NCBI GenBank assembly: GCA_029858565.1
Contig: JAOUEV010000032.1
Coordinates: 1 to 40,383, forward strand
DNA length: 40,383 nucleotides
Direction: 5' to 3'
Origin: Nitrospirota bacterium
GTDB taxonomy: Bacteria > Nitrospirota > UBA9217
Under the pieces are notes generated by a model. The model searched no databases and was not told where the DNA came from. It saw only the letters and a program-made list of their open reading frames with translations. Below, piece after piece: positions 38,367 to 40,383 of the stretch; position 1 is the stretch's first letter; each line of letters starts with the position of its first letter. The position numbers and the translations under genes are program-made.

Positions 38367-39734
38367 TTATTGTTTACGGCTCATCGCCGTCGTTTCCGTC
38401 AGCTTCCCGACTGCTTCCTTGAATTGCCGGCCCCGGTCCTCGAAATCCCTGAACATGTCAAAGCTCGCACAGGCAGGAGACAGAAGAACGACATCGCCGG
38501 CACTCGCCCGGTCATGGGCAAGCTGCACCGCGTCCTGCAGCGTCTTGGCAAAGACCGTCTCCGTCGAGCTGCCCAGCGCTTTTGCCATCTTGTCCGCCGC
38601 TTTCCCGATCAGGACCAGGAGCTTCACCTTCTCGCGGAACAGGCCGGCGAGAGGCGTGAAGTCGCTTCCCTTATCATAACCTCCCGCGATCACGATGACC
38701 GGCCGGTCGAATCCCTCGACCGACTTCACCACAGCGCCGACATTCGTTCCCTTGGAGTCGTTGATGTATGATACGCCGTTCATTTCCCGCACGAACTCCA
38801 GACGGTGCTCCAGGCCCGGGAATTCCCTGAGCACGGCCGCGATGTGCTCGGGCGGACAGCCGGCGGCCATGGCCATTGCCGAAGCCGCCATGGCATTCTC
38901 CAGGTTGTGCACGCCCTTGATGCGTATCTCGTCAACACCGCAGATCCGCTGGTCCATGACCACCAGCTGGTCGGCATCCACATAAGCGCCGCCCGCGGGT
39001 TTCTCGAGCCGGGAAAAACCGACCACCCGGGAGCGCGTCCTGACCGCCATGGCCCGCACCAGCGGATCATCGTAATTCAGCACCAGCACATCGTCCTGAT
39101 GCTGGTTCATGAATATCCGTGCCTTGGCTTCGCTGTACTCCTCGATCGTGGCGTAGCGGTCCAGGTGATCCTGCGTCACGTTCAGGATCGCGGCAACCGC
39201 GGGCCGGAAGGTCTCGATGTCCTCCAGCTGAAAGCTCGACAGTTCCACGACGATCCAATCCTTGTGCTTGAGCGCCGGGACGTCCTCGGTCAGCGCATTC
39301 CCGATGTTGCCGGCAACGAGCGTCCGCTTTCCTGCCTTCAGGAGCATGAGCCCGACCAGCGTGGTGACCGTTGATTTTCCATTGGTGCCCGTGATGCCGG
39401 CGAAGGCCGCATCGGACAGGAGCCACCCCAGTTCAAGTTCGCCGATGACCTTCACGCCATGCCGCTGGGCCTTCAGCACCGGCGCGATCTTCGGAACGCC
39501 GGGCGAAAGGACCACCAGGTCCGTTTCGATGAAGATCCGCTCCGGATGTCCGCCGGCCTCCACGACGATCTCCGCGGTGCCGAGACGACGCACCTGCTCC
39601 GCAAGCTGGTCCAGCGGTTTATTGTCCGTGATGGTCACGATCGCGCCGAGAGCATGAAGTGCCCGCGCCGCGGCAATACCGCTCCGGGCCATGCCCACGA
39701 CCGTCACCCGTTTTCCCGTAAAATCAGGCTGCAC
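38367..39734 (-). CDS. murD: UDP-MurNAc-L-Ala--D-glutamate ligase
   Basis: SPGVP, GTNGKSTVT, ELSSFQLE, DHLDRY, HRLE, NDSKGTN, LSPACASFD; GTG 39734 follows GGAGG (alternative ATG 39752). Confidence 0.97.
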   Translation of the reverse strand: MQPDFTGKRVTVVGMARSGIAAARALHALGAIVTITDNKPLDQLAEQVRRLGTAEIVVEAGGHPERIFIETDLVVLSPGVPKIAPVLKAQRHGVKVIGELELGWLLSDAAFAGITGTNGKSTVTTLVGLMLLKAGKRTLVAGNIGNALTEDVPALKHKDWIVVELSSFQLEDIETFRPAVAAILNVTQDHLDRYATIEEYSEAKARIFMNQHQDDVLVLNYDDPLVRAMAVRTRSRVVGFSRLEKPAGGAYVDADQLVVMDQRICGVDEIRIKGVHNLENAMAASAMAMAAGCPPEHIAAVLREFPGLEHRLEFVREMNGVSYINDSKGTNVGAVVKSVEGFDRPVIVIAGGYDKGSDFTPLAGLFREKVKLLVLIGKAADKMAKALGSSTETVFAKTLQDAVQLAHDRASAGDVVLLSPACASFDMFRDFEDRGRQFKEAVGKLTETTAMSRKQ

Positions 39735-39773
39735 ACAACCTCCAGGAGCCATTCAAACGATAATTCCTATTGA

Positions 39774-39867
39774 AACCACGGGTCCCGCCTGCCGGCGGGA
39801 CACACAGATGACAGCGATACCGCGCCTTTGTCTTCTATCCGTGTGTCCGCGAAGCGGACCTGTGGTT
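39774..39867. repeat. Composite inverted repeat with a hairpin inside each arm
   Basis: AACCACGGGTC-[CCGCCTGCCGGCGG]-GACACACAGAT ... ATCCGTGTGTC-[CGCGAAGCG]-GACCTGTGGTT. Confidence 0.8.
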
Positions 39868-39902
39868 AGCAGGATCTTGACAGCTGCTCGGTCGAGACTC
39901 AC

Positions 39903-40383
39903 TCACCTCAACTTCAGCGAGCTGAGCGAGATCAGCGCCAGCAGGATGCCGATGATCCAGAACCGGTTGATGACCTTTGACTCCGGCCATCCCAGCTGCT
40001 CGAAATGGTGGTGCAGCGGCGCCATCCTGAATATCCGCTTGCCCGTGAGCTTGTATGACGCGACCTGCAGCATGACCGAGACAACCTCGGCCACAAAGAT
40101 GCCTCCGGTCACGACCAGGATCAGTTCGTGCTTGGTCACCACTGCCATGGCGCCCAGCGCGCCGCCGAGGGACAGGGCCCCCACGTCGCCCATGAACACA
40201 TCGGCCGGGTGTGAGTTATACCACAGGAACCCGAGGCATGCCCCGCCCAGGGCGCCGCAGAAGACCGCCAGTTCGCCGCTGCCGGGAATATAGTGGATCT
40301 TGAGATAGTCCGAAATGATCCGGTTGCCGCTCACATACACGATGACCGCGTTTGCAGTGGCGGCGATCCCCACGAGCCCGGCG
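39903..40383 (-). CDS. mraY: Phospho-MurNAc-pentapeptide transferase, 5' end outside window
   Basis: [30 protein letters not shown]. Confidence 0.96.
   Translation of the reverse strand, partial: AGLVGIAATANAVIVYVSGNRIISDYLKIHYIPGSGELAVFCGALGGACLGFLWYNSHPADVFMGDVGALSLGGALGAMAVVTKHELILVVTGGIFVAEVVSVMLQVASYKLTGKRIFRMAPLHHHFEQLGWPESKVINRFWIIGILLALISLSSLKLR

Noticed and set aside
1-40383. CRISPR array, rRNA, transposase or prophage
   Set aside because: No repeat-spacer periodicity, rRNA sequence, transposase motifs or virion genes; DUF5131 alone does not indicate a prophage

Overview
GC-rich bacterial chromosome segment, mostly on the minus strand; gene content and order suggest Nitrospirota or a Desulfobacterota-like lineage (inference only). 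From the right: the distal dcw cluster (partial mraY, murD, ftsW, murG, murC, murB, ddl, ftsQ, ftsA, ftsZ) runs with no visible terminator into a ~6.5 kb accessory island (tcmP-like methyltransferase, DUF5131 three-Cys protein, two orphans, Type III R-M mod and res). Next come a two-CW-domain gene whose partial duplicate lies in frame behind its UGA stop, trmJ, an HDAC-family deacetylase, a degenerate MobA/MocA-like protein, a DEAD-box/RRM/rpsU module, tRNA-Val and tRNA-Asp, a TIM-barrel gene and a ferritin-like gene. A candidate uncharacterised metalloprotein module follows (PCuAC copper chaperone, exported His-rich probable beta-propeller with a C-terminal CxxCH, MacB/LolE-type ABC pair with a Cys-Cys motif), then a PilZ gene and the ppi-argG-argH-Fn3 lipoprotein-lysA-dapF-dapA-dapB-dsbC-FAH operon. 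Many housekeeping gene junctions carry short-period tandem or composite inverted repeats. Best candidates for new biology: the Cu/heme propeller module, the tcmP-DUF5131-Type III island appended to ftsZ, and the in-frame UGA two-CW duplication. All family calls come from motif recognition by eye; no database search was run.
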